Shown: positions 12,853 through 24,134, numbered from the whole stretch's first letter. The stretch: DNA of 62,097 nt, filler included, from Piptocephalis cylindrospora (GCA_003614145.1; 7 parts of 7 records of this genome joined end to end with filler, not necessarily neighbours in it); one strand, 5' to 3'. Translations and numbers: made by a program. Notes: a model not told the origin generated them from the letters alone.

Positions 12853-13934
12853 TGACATCCCAGGCCAGATACGAATGGGCAATATAATGTGCGTAAACGA
12901 TACATTTTCATATTTAGGTGGAGACAACTTACGAGCTATCTACCAGTTATTCGCTTAAACCAAGGCTTTGGAGTCAAGAGATGATTGAATCTTTTTTGGT
13001 TTAAAGAGTGGCATTTAGAATTATTCCAAAGGAAACGTCTACGCTGAGCATTCCATTTTGCGTGCAGTCATTGACACATCCTTTTAAGATGAATGCTCGC
13101 GGAGGCGGTAGTCTGGCTGGTAGACTGCCAATTGGTGGGACGGGCAGCTAGAGAGATTCAGCCTCTCCATTTCCATATCCCCTTTTTGCCTTGTTCCTTG
13201 ACTTTTATCTCATACGTCGGATCTATTATTTCTTTGACGTTGACTTCAAGCCTATCCGACCTTGGTATGATAGCTGGGATAGCACCAATACTGCATGTAG
13301 TGCGAAACATTCACTTCCTCCACTAATAGTGCGTAAAAGGAATGGTAGGGGCGTGTCGTATTGATGGCGGGTCTATGAATAGGATGAAAAAAATGTTTAC
13401 TCTCACTTTCCCACTCATTCTCTTTTCCTTTCCTTCCCCTTGAGGACCATATGCAAATGTCGGCAACGTTATTGCTGCCTTTTTCTAAGCATTTGTTCAC
13501 AAACCCCTGCCCACGATCCAATGAATCCGGCCCTAATGTACCTTCCTCCATGCCACACATCTGAGATTCTAAATGGCTCTCAGTTAAATTCGCCACTCAC
13601 AGACACATGTTCCCCCTTCTGGGATATCTTGGCCCCCTGTTGACCGTCTGGGCTGTGTGGGGTAGCCTATCGTTATCTCCCCGACAGAGCTCCTGCCCCC
13701 CTTTCATTTCCCCTCCTTAACTCCTCAGCCCTGATGTTGATTATCATTCATCCCTGGATCTATTCTCCTTGTATATCCCTGTGGGGAATGAAATAATGAC
13801 CTTGCACGACACTTTCTTTATTTAAGCCCTTCTACAGCCCATCACACCTCGTCCTTCCTTGGGCCTCTTTCCCGCCCCCTTCACTTTTGCACTCACATAC
13901 ACCCCCGCCTCACTTCACCTCACCTCACTTCACC

Positions 13935-14471
13935 TCATACTTGTAAGAGCCCTTCTCCTAGTCGGTACACTGGATTATTTCCAGGAGAATACAATCCATG
14001 TTGAGTATGTTAGTCGCTGCTCCTGTAGCCCTATGAACCTGAAACGCCCAGTCTTACCCAGCTTAATGTCCTGAAGTAGAATGGGTCCGTCAGCCTGGGT
14101 AAGGAACTCATTTACTTGACGGAATAGGCTCAATTGAGCTGACGGCTCCATGCCAGCACCTCCCAGCTGTACCCGGGCACACCTATCCTTCCCCTAGAGA
14201 TGTGAGAGACCGGAAAGGAACATGTACTCTCCCTGTTCCCTAGGACTTACAGCAGATGGAGAGAAGCCAGAGGATTTCGAGTAGGGGACAGGGCCTCCAG
14301 AGGATCCCTTCCATCACTGAGAGTGGCAAGGGCTAGGATCGACATAGGAGTCTGGGAAAATTCCTTGAGGAGTGCCTTGGTGTCCTGGGGCGAGTCCTGC
14401 GTCTCCAGGGCTCTTTGGACAATCTGAGTCAGTTGATTCTGAGCCCCTACAGGGCTATCACTATCATTCAT
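13935..14471 (-). CDS. CSN3 (COP9 subunit 3) N-terminal-like short protein, 3 exons, lacking the PCI domain
   Basis: Spliced product DPLEALSPTRNPLASLHLL/CARVQ...SLFRQVNEFLTQADG resembles the CSN3 N-terminus; frame ends at TGA 13935-13937. Confidence 0.5.
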
Positions 14472-14754
14472 CGTGGGGAAGTGAGGGCGAGATGGAAAGA
14501 GAGAAATAGAGAAAAGGAGGTGGTGTGAATCCATAATGACATCTCCCCTCACCCCTCCGCTTCCTTGTTCGTCATACGCGCGTACCCAGTCCACCACGCG
14601 GCTACTGGGCGAGTTCACACAGCGCAAATGGTGTTGTCAGATTATCCTCCTCCAATCGAGGCCAATTATAACCTGGATATGGGCGCGTTGGAGACGTGTG
14701 CCGGCCTTATTGATTTATTCTTCCTTCCTTCCCTCCTCATTTACGCTAGTTACT

Positions 14755-16036
14755 ATGCCAAAAGCATCATCCCCTACAAAGGACAATCCATACCTAGCTC
14801 ATCTGTCTGATCGGACTGGTCAAAAAAGAAAACGAATTGTCCAATTGAACACCAAAGCACCGCCGGTTAACAAAGGTTTCCCGTACGGAAATTACCCAAG
14901 CTACTACACACGTCGCCATGGGCAGGCCGAGTCTATAGATCCTCGACTGGCCCTGCTTCCGCAGGAATGGTTTCGAGGAAAGCGCGTCCTGGACATTGGG
15001 TGCAACGCGGGCCATTTAACCGTCGATCTAGGTGAGGAGTGGGGAAAAGCGGATATCCAGGGCTTACCATCATGATCTCATCCATTTACCCTTTTTAGCT
15101 ATGCACTATGGGCCTCAGAGCATCTTGGGGGTCGATCTAGATCGTGAGCTCATCCGGAAGGCTTGGGCTCATGTTCGACATCGGTACTCGACGCTGGCGC
15201 CCGCAGTGGCCGCTCAGGCTGTACCCTCACTAGAGGATAGATCCTACTTTCCATCATGTTTTCCCCGTCTGCTCGGCACTATCCCTCTTCCCCCCCATCC
15301 TCTAAATTGGGAGGATAACGGACCGCGTTTATTCCCTAGAAATATCCGATTTCAAACCGTCGATTGGATCGTCGATTCTCGCGGCGAGACGGAAGAGGAA
15401 GGAGCATACGATGTCATTTTGTGGTAAGCCCTTTTCTTTTTGCTCCATCGTAAAGATCCCCCTCATTGCCCCCTCCCCACTCTTTCCCTTTCATGCTAGT
15501 CTGAGCGTGGCCAAGTGGATACATTTGCATCATGGAGATAAGGGGATCCGCCGATTGTTTGACCGTGCTTTTCGATCCTTGGCCCCCATGGGTCGTTTCA
15601 TCCTAGAACCACAGGCATGGAGTACATATGCTCGAAGGGCCAAGATGTCCCCAGTAAGCCGCCGGGTCTCTAACATTCCTATCAAGCTAGCTCATCATCC
15701 TTGTCTCATTACTCATCATTCTCACCCTCGCTTCAGAAAATGCAACAAAATTACGACGGAATACAGTTAAAACCAGACGATTTTGTCCGTGTCCTCGTAG
15801 AGCAAGTTGGATTTATCCTAGAGACCACCATGGATTCCTCTTCCACCTTGGGAAAAGACACGTCTCAAGGTACACAAAAGAGGGAAAGACATACTTTACG
15901 GGGATGGCGTGCAATGAAAAGGAATGAGATATATCAGTATACATTGATATCGCTGCTCATCCTCCCTCCCTCTCCCCCTCTAGGGTTCCAACGACCCTTT
16001 CTAATCCTACAAAAGCCATTGTCTTCATCCAATTAG
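14755..16036 (+). CDS. BIN3: Bin3/MePCE/Bmc1 RNA gamma-phosphate methyltransferase, about 5 exons
   Basis: FPYGNYPSYY..R, DPRL, KRVLDIGCNAG, ILGVDLD, FPRNIRF, LSVAKWIHLHHGDKG, FILEPQ.W..Y, GFQRP. Confidence 0.92.
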
Positions 16037-16098
16037 CTATCTTAAAAGCAGTGTTCTCCTTTGAAATACAAGTGCCAGTACTGGTCACTTTGCCTTCC

Positions 16099-17550
16099 TT
16101 ATGCATTAGGGATCATCTGGCCAGCATTAATGGATTCATCCAACAACTCCACCATCGCCGCTCCTCCCTTCTTCTTATTCTCATCGTCTTTTCTCCATAG
16201 CAACTCTTCCAGAGTAGAAATTGCACTTAACTCTCCCCCCCCCACTTCCCATCCAGGGACTTTTCCCTTGTCACCCACCTCGGAGAGGGCCTTCCGAATG
16301 GCTCGATCCCACAGACCATCCTCAAATTCCTCGCGAAGCATCTCAACAGCCGGATGGGCCCGATCGTCCATGAGTCGTAGCAGACCTTCCTCTTCAGCAA
16401 ATTGAGCTCGGCGTACATAAATCAGGGGGGTTCCGCACGCTAGGACCTCGGCACATGTCCCAAATCCTAATTTCCCCAGGACCGCATCGGCTGCCCCAAC
16501 CAGGTCCGGGACATAGGCTTTCTGATCTGCGCACATAAAGCCCTTGGGCAGGGTGGGGGGAAGGGACGAGGGGGACACGCCACAAAGTAGGGCAACCCAG
16601 CCTTGTGGCACACGAAGAGCCCCCCACCCATCCTCCCCAACTCTTTGGCCTCCAAAGGTTACGAGAAGGAGCCGAGGAGTCATCCCGGCTTGGAGACCCA
16701 AGCGAGCTCGGACAGTGGCGCGGGAAAGGTGTGGAACCCTGGATATTAGGGGGAGATCCACAGTGGGTGGAATTGGGGTGGGGATATGGCCAGGGAGACG
16801 AAAGAGACCTTGGGCAGCCTGGTAAGCCTGGGTAACTTGGGCTACCAAGCGGGGGGCCTGGGCGAGGAGTGCAGGATCCTGGATGTCACGAATAAGATGA
16901 GCATACACGGCATCGAAGGTAAAATTGGATACGATGAAGGCAGGGATGGAGAGGGATTGAGCGGCAAGGGCAGGGAGAAAGGGCGCGTCCAGGAGAAGGG
17001 CGGCGGGTGAATGCAATCGAAGAAGGGCCGTTTCCCGTTTCATCCATTCCTGGACATAATCTGGCTGGAGAAAATTAGCAAGGCCCGCAAAGGTGGCATC
17101 GGCATCGATAACATAGGGCAAGGGCTGGACCACCCCAGGATCCACTGCGCCCACCCTGTAGGTACACGAGGCCGAGGGTGAGGGGAAAAGGAAGGATGGG
17201 GCTTGAGTGATGATATGCAGATGATGTCCGTGCTGTAGAAGGGCCGATGCTAGGGCGGAGGCTCGGGTAGCGTGACCAAACCCATGGCCCGATACATATA
17301 ACCAAAATGTCCGTGCAGGTCCTATCCGTTCAGGCAGAGTGGTGGATACCTTGGACTGGTCAAGGGTGGCTGGAGACGGGGACCTGGAGGTGGCCGATAG
17401 GGTTGGGGAAAGGTAGGCTGATGGTGGGGGCGAAGGGCTGGGTAGAGGGATATGCAAGTTGGGGAGGTAGGGTTTCTGTGGGGGAGGAGGGTCATGCGAG
17501 GAGGTCTCGGGAGGTGAGGACAGCCGAGGTTGAAGACGTGAGGAATGCAT
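16099..17550 (-). CDS. GT-B fold protein homologous to the N-terminal glycosyltransferase-like domain of L-arabinokinase; intronless
   Basis: YVSGHGFGHATR, SNFTFD.VY, LFRLPG, LVTFGGQ, YVPDLVGAADAVLGKLGFGTCAE..GTPLIYVRR..FAEE; start taken at MHSSRL. Confidence 0.8.
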   Translation of the reverse strand: MHSSRLQPRLSSPPETSSHDPPPPQKPYLPNLHIPLPSPSPPPSAYLSPTLSATSRSPSPATLDQSKVSTTLPERIGPARTFWLYVSGHGFGHATRASALASALLQHGHHLHIITQAPSFLFPSPSASCTYRVGAVDPGVVQPLPYVIDADATFAGLANFLQPDYVQEWMKRETALLRLHSPAALLLDAPFLPALAAQSLSIPAFIVSNFTFDAVYAHLIRDIQDPALLAQAPRLVAQVTQAYQAAQGLFRLPGHIPTPIPPTVDLPLISRVPHLSRATVRARLGLQAGMTPRLLLVTFGGQRVGEDGWGALRVPQGWVALLCGVSPSSLPPTLPKGFMCADQKAYVPDLVGAADAVLGKLGFGTCAEVLACGTPLIYVRRAQFAEEEGLLRLMDDRAHPAVEMLREEFEDGLWDRAIRKALSEVGDKGKVPGWEVGGGELSAISTLEELLWRKDDENKKKGGAAMVELLDESINAGQMIPNA

Positions 17551-18658
17551 AGTGTAAGGATGAGTGGGGAGGTGAGGTGAGAGAGATGAGATGAGGTGAG
17601 GTATGAGGTGAGGTGAGGTATGAGGTGAAGTGAGGGGAGGGGAAGTGAGGGGGGGGGGTTGCGTCATCCTGTCTCTGGACCTTTTTTTGAGCAAGAGGTT
17701 ATCTTGCATGAGATGAGTGTGGTGGAGAGGGGGGAGGGGGGGAGGGAGGAGAGGGGTGTGAATGGTGTGGAAAATGGGAGAAAANNNNNNNNNNNNNNNN
17801 NNNNNNNNNNNNNNNNNNNNNNNNNNNNTTAATTAATTAANNNNNNNNNNNNNNNNNNNNNNNNNNNNNNNNNNNNNNNNNNNNGGGGGGGGGGGGGGGG
17901 GGGGTAATGATGGTGGTAGGGAGAAAGGGGACCCGGGTCGGCCTAGGGTAGGGGCGAAAACTCCGAAAGTAACAGATATTACCCCGACCTCCTGGGCACT
18001 CGTGGGAGTGAGGGTTTGAAAGGGTGGGGATGGCGCGCGCATACCTTATATTCCACAGGAGACACCAATGACTATACATCTTGTTGGGATTTCACTCAAG
18101 GGGAGAGAGATGGGTGGCATATATTCGTCCTGCCATGCCCATAAGCAGAGACTCCTCATCTTTAGGTTGTGAAGGGGAAAAAGAACTGCACAGATCATGA
18201 CAGGCATCCTCCGTTTCTTAGAATGACAGATGCGGGAACTCCGCGGTCCCAGATCATTTTGGGGTGCAACTTCGAAGAGGGTTTATTGGCCATCTGAGTG
18301 ATCCGCCATGTCGATGTTCCCGATGCTCTCGCGTCCTCCCAGCCTTCACTTAACACGTTGAGCTCTGTATCTCTCGCTCATACCCACATTCACTCATGCG
18401 CCTAACTCAGCTCATCCTCTAGTTATATGCAGTCTTTTCAAATTCCCCCCTCCCTTTCTCATTGTCAGTCTCCCCCTCTTTTGTCGCCGTTTCATCCTTT
18501 CATCCTTCCTTCTTTCCCCCCCTTTCTCTCTCTATCTCGACATCCCCTTACCTTACTATTTCATTACTGTCGATAATAGCCTTCTCTTTCGTTACCCATT
18601 CCCCTCAGCCTTTCTCCGTTCCTTCTTAATAATACACTCGCTGGCTCGTGACCAGGCA

Positions 18659-20152
18659 ATGTGGTCCTATGTCCCGACCGAAGGGTATGACCCTACTCTA
18701 CTCCTTTTCAATGGTGGCATTGCCCTGTACGTGACCATTGTAGCTGTGGTGAGCATTGTTATTTCCGGTATTGCCTTTTACCCTCTGCGATACCGCAAAA
18801 TTCCTGCTGTCATCCACCGGACCACCTACCTCTCCCTCCTCAATCTCCCCTTTATTTTGTGGCCTATTCCATGGTGTTTCTATCGCCTTCTGGTCAGTCC
18901 GTACGTCTCGTGCTTCTTCGATCTATGGAGTTTTTCCATCAGTGTTCTCCCAGGTCTGATCATCAACCTGGCACGGTTCGTCCACATGCTGCATGTGTAT
19001 AAGCTCAAGGAGGCCCTTCTGGATGCGGCTAACCATGGGGCCATGACCATGGACTATGAGAAGGTTGTTACCCTCCTCCCTGACCCTTCCTGGGGCTCGG
19101 ATCAGGGTTCCTCGACCAATATGATCTCAGGGGCTCGTAAAGCCCCCGAGGATCCCGAAGTCATCCAGTACTTGGAGGATCTTGCCGGGGATGCTTGGTG
19201 GTTTAAGTACAGGGCGTACTTGACGGAAAGGTCTCTGTTCTTTATTTGCCTCAGTATCATCTTTGGCGTCTTGGTCCTCCTCGCCATCATCACAGGGATT
19301 CACGGGGGCTATCCCTCGGATACCCCATATGCTCTGGGTCAATGTATGGTGGATTGGCCTAATTGGCCCATCTTTGTCCTGGATGTGGGCCTCAAGAGTC
19401 TTCTGTACCCCTTGATCTTCTTCTACCTCCGTGAGGTCAATGATGCCTATGGGATTCGACGGGAATTCGAGGTGTTTGGCTCTCTCAACGCCATTGCTGT
19501 CGTCCTCTACTTTGTCACCATATGGATCCCGGCATTGAACCAGGCCACCCGTACCTCCCTCTTCCTTGTGGCCGTGGTGGTGTTTGTGGCCAACAATGTT
19601 TACACCACGTACATTCTTCCCTTACGGGATGTACTAAAATCCCGTCGGCACTCCCGGTCGGGCAAGATGACCATGCAATCCTTGCGAAAGCTCTTGGATA
19701 CTCCGGAGGGCTTTTCCTCCTTCCTCCACTACTCAGTCCGGGATTTTAGCGTGGAGAACCCCCTGTTCTACCGCAGGTACCACCAGATCGCCGATCGTGT
19801 TGCCCAAAGCCGCAAGATGATCCGGGCATCCATGGATAGCGAAGTGCTCGCCGGGAAAGTAGAGCACTCCGAGACCTTACACAACGAACTCGGTCAGGAG
19901 CTATGGGGTGTGTATACCAATTTTCTCCGGGTTGGCGCACACTATGAATTGAACGTGCCTCGGGAAAAGGTTGGCCGAGTAGAGCGGGAGTTACGGGCAC
20001 GTGATTACCGTCTCGAGATCCTTGACGACATTCTCCACGATGTCTGCCTCGTCATGTTCCAGCATACCTACCCTCGCTTCCTGGATAAGCAGGGAACTCG
20101 TCGACGACCCCAATCTGTCCCTGTTCGTCAGTCATACTTTCCATTTGCGTGA
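18659..20152 (+). CDS. 7TM-RGS protein (GprK/AtRGS1-type architecture)
   Basis: Seven hydrophobic segments, DAYGIRRE motif, then RGS box F..Y.VRDFSVENPLFY...YTNFLRVGAHYELNV...TYPRFL. Confidence 0.88.
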   Translation: MWSYVPTEGYDPTLLLFNGGIALYVTIVAVVSIVISGIAFYPLRYRKIPAVIHRTTYLSLLNLPFILWPIPWCFYRLLVSPYVSCFFDLWSFSISVLPGLIINLARFVHMLHVYKLKEALLDAANHGAMTMDYEKVVTLLPDPSWGSDQGSSTNMISGARKAPEDPEVIQYLEDLAGDAWWFKYRAYLTERSLFFICLSIIFGVLVLLAIITGIHGGYPSDTPYALGQCMVDWPNWPIFVLDVGLKSLLYPLIFFYLREVNDAYGIRREFEVFGSLNAIAVVLYFVTIWIPALNQATRTSLFLVAVVVFVANNVYTTYILPLRDVLKSRRHSRSGKMTMQSLRKLLDTPEGFSSFLHYSVRDFSVENPLFYRRYHQIADRVAQSRKMIRASMDSEVLAGKVEHSETLHNELGQELWGVYTNFLRVGAHYELNVPREKVGRVERELRARDYRLEILDDILHDVCLVMFQHTYPRFLDKQGTRRRPQSVPVRQSYFPFA

Positions 20153-20766
20153 TCTCTGAGCTTACTCTATGCCTCTCCTCTTCGCTATCATGCCCACCCA
20201 GCCCAGTGGCCCATGAATATGCTTCTTCTTGTGCCTTGTTTACCGTGTAATGACGATTTGACGCGTATATCAACCAGCCTATTTATACCGTATCGTCAGA
20301 TCGAGGATAGCATAGCATTAGGTGGGGCATGAGTCTTTAGTGAGCATCCCCAGATATGAATCGTGATGATATGCCATGCTTAATACACCCTATTGTCTAT
20401 CATTTTAAGAAAGGGGATGGGAAGGCACATAAATGCGTACCTAATTTCCTTGGGATGAATCCTCTTCTCTTTCACATGCTAGCCTTATTACCCACGTGGA
20501 TTTCTACCAGTCTATTACTTGGCCACCTTGGTCTGCCACTACTCGATCACGTCATCCTAATCATACAAAAAGTGCTTGGCCGATCATCAGTGTGTGTATC
20601 AGCGTCAATCGGTCTGGAGATGAATGGGGACTACGCTTCAGAAGATGAGTGATGAACTGTATACATTGTCCAAAGCAAGCACAGCGGCTCGCAAAGGTAG
20701 ATCTGGGTTAGGAGGGGGAGGGGGGGGTAATGTATTGGCCAGAATGACATTACCAAAAGTGAAATA

Positions 20767-21302
20767 AGAGGAAAAAGACGAAAAATGGCACTAAACCAAG
20801 ATTGTAATTACAGTCCTAGGGTTGATACTAGAGTATGTTAAATTAGGATTGGAGAGGCAGCATTCAGCATCAACAGTCAAAACCCTAAAATTGTTTTGAC
20901 CATTTTTCTTAACCTTTGCTTGAATTTGTATTTTGTGAAGGCGTGCGTTTTTGTGTCGTTTTTGACGATGGATGGTTGGACCATCGGTCAATTATGATAT
21001 TCTCTCTGCTTTAGAATTGTATGAACGTTATGTGCTGTATCGCTTACGATGCTTAATTCATGATCTACGCTGACCAATCTTGACGCAGTGTACTCTACCG
21101 TTCCCATATTTGTTCTGGTAAAATGCTGTCTCCATGGCCTGGGAGGCAATGTATGCCAAATCGCGCTTGCTTTCCTCTACTGTAAATGCCATCAATCTAT
21201 TGCGTATATCAACGTTCGATTCACACTATACTTCTCGGAATACCGGTAGCCCTTTACTTTTCATTATGGCCGGTGAATAGGATTGATCTTGGGGGCAAGT
21301 AG
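20767..21302 (+). ncRNA. Candidate structured non-coding RNA (possible telomerase RNA)
   Basis: Long non-coding gap between convergent genes, several nested complementary segments, AACCCTAA at 20881-20888; no family-defining motif confirmed. Confidence 0.3.
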
Positions 21303-21319
21303 CTTCGTCCTTTTCCGCG

Positions 21320-22378
21320 TTAGTGCTCATGCGCATTGCCAGTGGTCTCATAGCCATGAGGATTCAATGTCCTCCACTTCCATGTATCCTCACACATCTC
21401 CTTGACCGTTCGATGCGCCACCCAGCCCAATTTGGCCTGGGCCTTACTTGGGTCTGCGCGTAATTCCTTCACATCTCCAGGACGCATAGGAAGGATGCGA
21501 TAGGGGAGTTCCCGACCGACAGTTTCGGACATGAGGTGGATGAGTTCGAGGACCGAAGTACCACACCCTGTTCCCAGGTTATACGCTTCACACACCCCGA
21601 GTTGGAGGTCGCGAAGAGCAGCCAGATGCCCAAGGGCCAAGTCTACGACGTGAAGGTAATCCCGGATGCACGTGCCATCGGAAGTGGCGTATGAATCGCC
21701 AAAGACAGGTAGGTAGGGGCGGGTCTGGGTGGCAACTTGGGCCAGGTAAGGCATGAGGTTATTGGGCGTGCCCTTGGGATCCTCCCCGATCTGCCCACTG
21801 GGGTGGGCGCCAATGGGATTAAAATACCGCAGGAGGGTGACACCCACTTGAGCATCCGAGGCTACCCAATCCTGCAACAGATCCTCTACATGAGCCTTGG
21901 TCTTGCCGTAGGGGGAGGCGATGCTTGGGGAGGGCGCCAAATGCTCAGGGATGGGCTGGATTTTGGGGGTACTCCCGTATACAGAAGCCGAGGAGGAAAA
22001 GACCAGGCGGTGGCACCCGGCCTTCTGCATAGCTCGGATCAGCTGGATGGACCCACCTACGTTGACATCGTAATAGGTCAAAGGATCCCTAGTGGATTCA
22101 CCCACAGCTTTGAGACCTGCAAAGTGGATGACCGCGTGGGGCTGATGGGCGGCGAAGGCCTTATCCAGGGCTGAGCGATCTAGAATGTCGGCTTGGATAA
22201 AATGCAGTTCAGGAGCCTCTGGACCTGCGAGTTCACGGAGCCGTCGAACGACCGCGACTGACGAGTTACACAAATTATCTACAATAACCACCGTAAATCC
22301 AGCGAGCAGAAGTTCGAGGGTGGTGTGTGAGCCAATGTATCCGGCACCTCCAGTGACGAGGATAGTAGGCTTTGGCAT
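21320..22378 (-). CDS. GALE: UDP-glucose 4-epimerase (stand-alone GalE/Uge1, no mutarotase domain); intronless
   Basis: ILVTGGAGYIGSHT, VIHFAGLKAVGES, YGKTK, LRYFNPIGAHPSG.IGEDP.G.PNNLMPY, DGTCIRDYLHV.DLA.GH. Confidence 0.96.
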   Translation of the reverse strand: MPKPTILVTGGAGYIGSHTTLELLLAGFTVVIVDNLCNSSVAVVRRLRELAGPEAPELHFIQADILDRSALDKAFAAHQPHAVIHFAGLKAVGESTRDPLTYYDVNVGGSIQLIRAMQKAGCHRLVFSSSASVYGSTPKIQPIPEHLAPSPSIASPYGKTKAHVEDLLQDWVASDAQVGVTLLRYFNPIGAHPSGQIGEDPKGTPNNLMPYLAQVATQTRPYLPVFGDSYATSDGTCIRDYLHVVDLALGHLAALRDLQLGVCEAYNLGTGCGTSVLELIHLMSETVGRELPYRILPMRPGDVKELRADPSKAQAKLGWVAHRTVKEMCEDTWKWRTLNPHGYETTGNAHEH

Positions 22379-23885
22379 GGGACCAAGGAGACAAGAGGGG
22401 TGAGGTGGGGAGGAGATGAATTGACGCGGGCTGGGCAGCGTAGGCTACTGGGGTAGGGCTACGGAAAAGGCAGGTCGAAGGAAAACAAGAAACTATGAGG
22501 ATTCCGCGATGGATGGAGATAAAGATAGAGTGAAGGTAGTCTGAGAAGGGGGGCTAGGAAGGGCGAATCGTATGAAAGAGGGAGGTTTTAAAAGGGCGCA
22601 ACCCTCAGACGGCCTTACTGTTTCATCCTCCGGCTAAAAAAAGGGGGTAGCCCAAGGAAAGGAGGGATCAGGAGTGACAGGGGGCAAGGTATGGGCTCCC
22701 CGGCCAGGACTCTGGTGGTAGATGGTCTAGTTATTACTTCTACTGAAGGCTCTGCCAACTCCGATGATTGTTGAAGCTACACTCTTCCTTTATCTTTGGT
22801 CAATACAATTTTCTATCCATTATCCTTGGATACATGTTGGAGGTATTCCCTTCTGGACTGCGCACATTTTTTTTGTAAAAGTACTAGGATGTACTTGTAT
22901 CAAATCTTTTACCAAGACGGCGTGCTATTGAAAAGGCGGCGGCCTGCTCATAGTTGAAAAATACACGACTCTATCTCATTCCATGTATAACATGTGCTAC
23001 TTCCCAGCTAGTGTACACACACTGCCCCAATAAGGGCTAATCAGTTGCCAAGATGGCATAGTAGAAGGGAGTATATATTAAGATGTTTTAGGGCACTCCC
23101 AGAATCGTGTATCCTGTTGATGAGGGGAATGAGGACCCGATCATTAGCCATCCTTGATAAGCGCGAAACATTGCCGATCTTCTCTCCATCCACATACGAT
23201 GTGTGTTAATGATCTGCGCTAATCCCATTCAAGGTATTTTTGACTCGACATCTATTCAAAAAGGTAAAGGTAAACCCCGTATATTTCTCCTCCTCTGAGC
23301 GCACCGTTGGGCCTTTAAACATAGTAAACGCCTTGATGGTCGATATGTGTGGTACTGGAGAGGCATTTCTAATGAGATCTTTGGAATGTTAAGATGGTCA
23401 GTTGATGATAATAGTGTTGATAAAGCAAGGGGCTTGGAACGGCCATAGCCTGAACCGTCTCCTCATGCACACGTATCTCACATCGTAGAAACACTGACTG
23501 ATTACTCTAGGTAAAGGCTTGCCCCTACGCTTCATGTTATTATTGTTATTAATAGTATGTTTTGAAACTTCAGAGTAGACAATGGAGTTTGGATTATGCC
23601 TTTATATATAATGTAAACAGGGACACACTCTAGAACATCTCTGTTGTTGGAGGAGGTCTAACATCATGCTGCTTATTGAGGCTGGGCTAGGCGGTACAAT
23701 GTTAAATAGAATAGAAGATGAATGTGTCAAAATGCGTCTCAGTTTATTTAGCAATGATCTAGGATAGTTCTCAGTAGATGGTGACTCATTGCAATGAGGA
23801 AGAAATATATGGACAGGACGTGATGTAGAGGAGAGAAGCTGTAAGGGGCTTAGTGTTGTTAATCTGGATGATCTCAAGACAGTAC

Positions 23886-24134
23886 TTATAGTGCTCGCGC
23901 AGTACGAGCACGAGCTTTGGCACGAGCACGAGCAGCGGCATGGGCAGCAGGAGTAGTAGGGCCACGATTGACAATGTCTCTGCGGAAAAGATAGGAGTTG
24001 CCCGAGTAGTCATTGGGGTAGGGCCAGTAGTGATCGGAGTAGAGAGCCTCCTCATTCTCACCATAAGACGGAAAAGCCATGGAAGAGGTGGCGACGAGGA
24101 GACCAAAGAGAGTAAGGGTGATGGGGATGTGCAT
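23886..24134 (-). CDS. Small secreted prepropeptide, 82 aa
   Basis: Signal peptide MHIPITLTLFGLLVATSSMA, RR dibasic site, TATAAAA at 24263-24269 upstream. Confidence 0.65.
   Translation of the reverse strand: MHIPITLTLFGLLVATSSMAFPSYGENEEALYSDHYWPYPNDYSGNSYLFRRDIVNRGPTTPAAHAAARARAKARARTARAL

Noticed and set aside
14755..21302. Bmc1/MePCE linked to the telomerase-RNA candidate (S. pombe Bmc1 binds TER1)
   Set aside because: Separated by an artificial spacer; no physical linkage shown.
16099..22378. Sugar cluster of arabinokinase-like GT, 7TM-RGS and GalE
   Set aside because: The GT gene is on a different contig; the adjacency comes from size-sorted concatenation.
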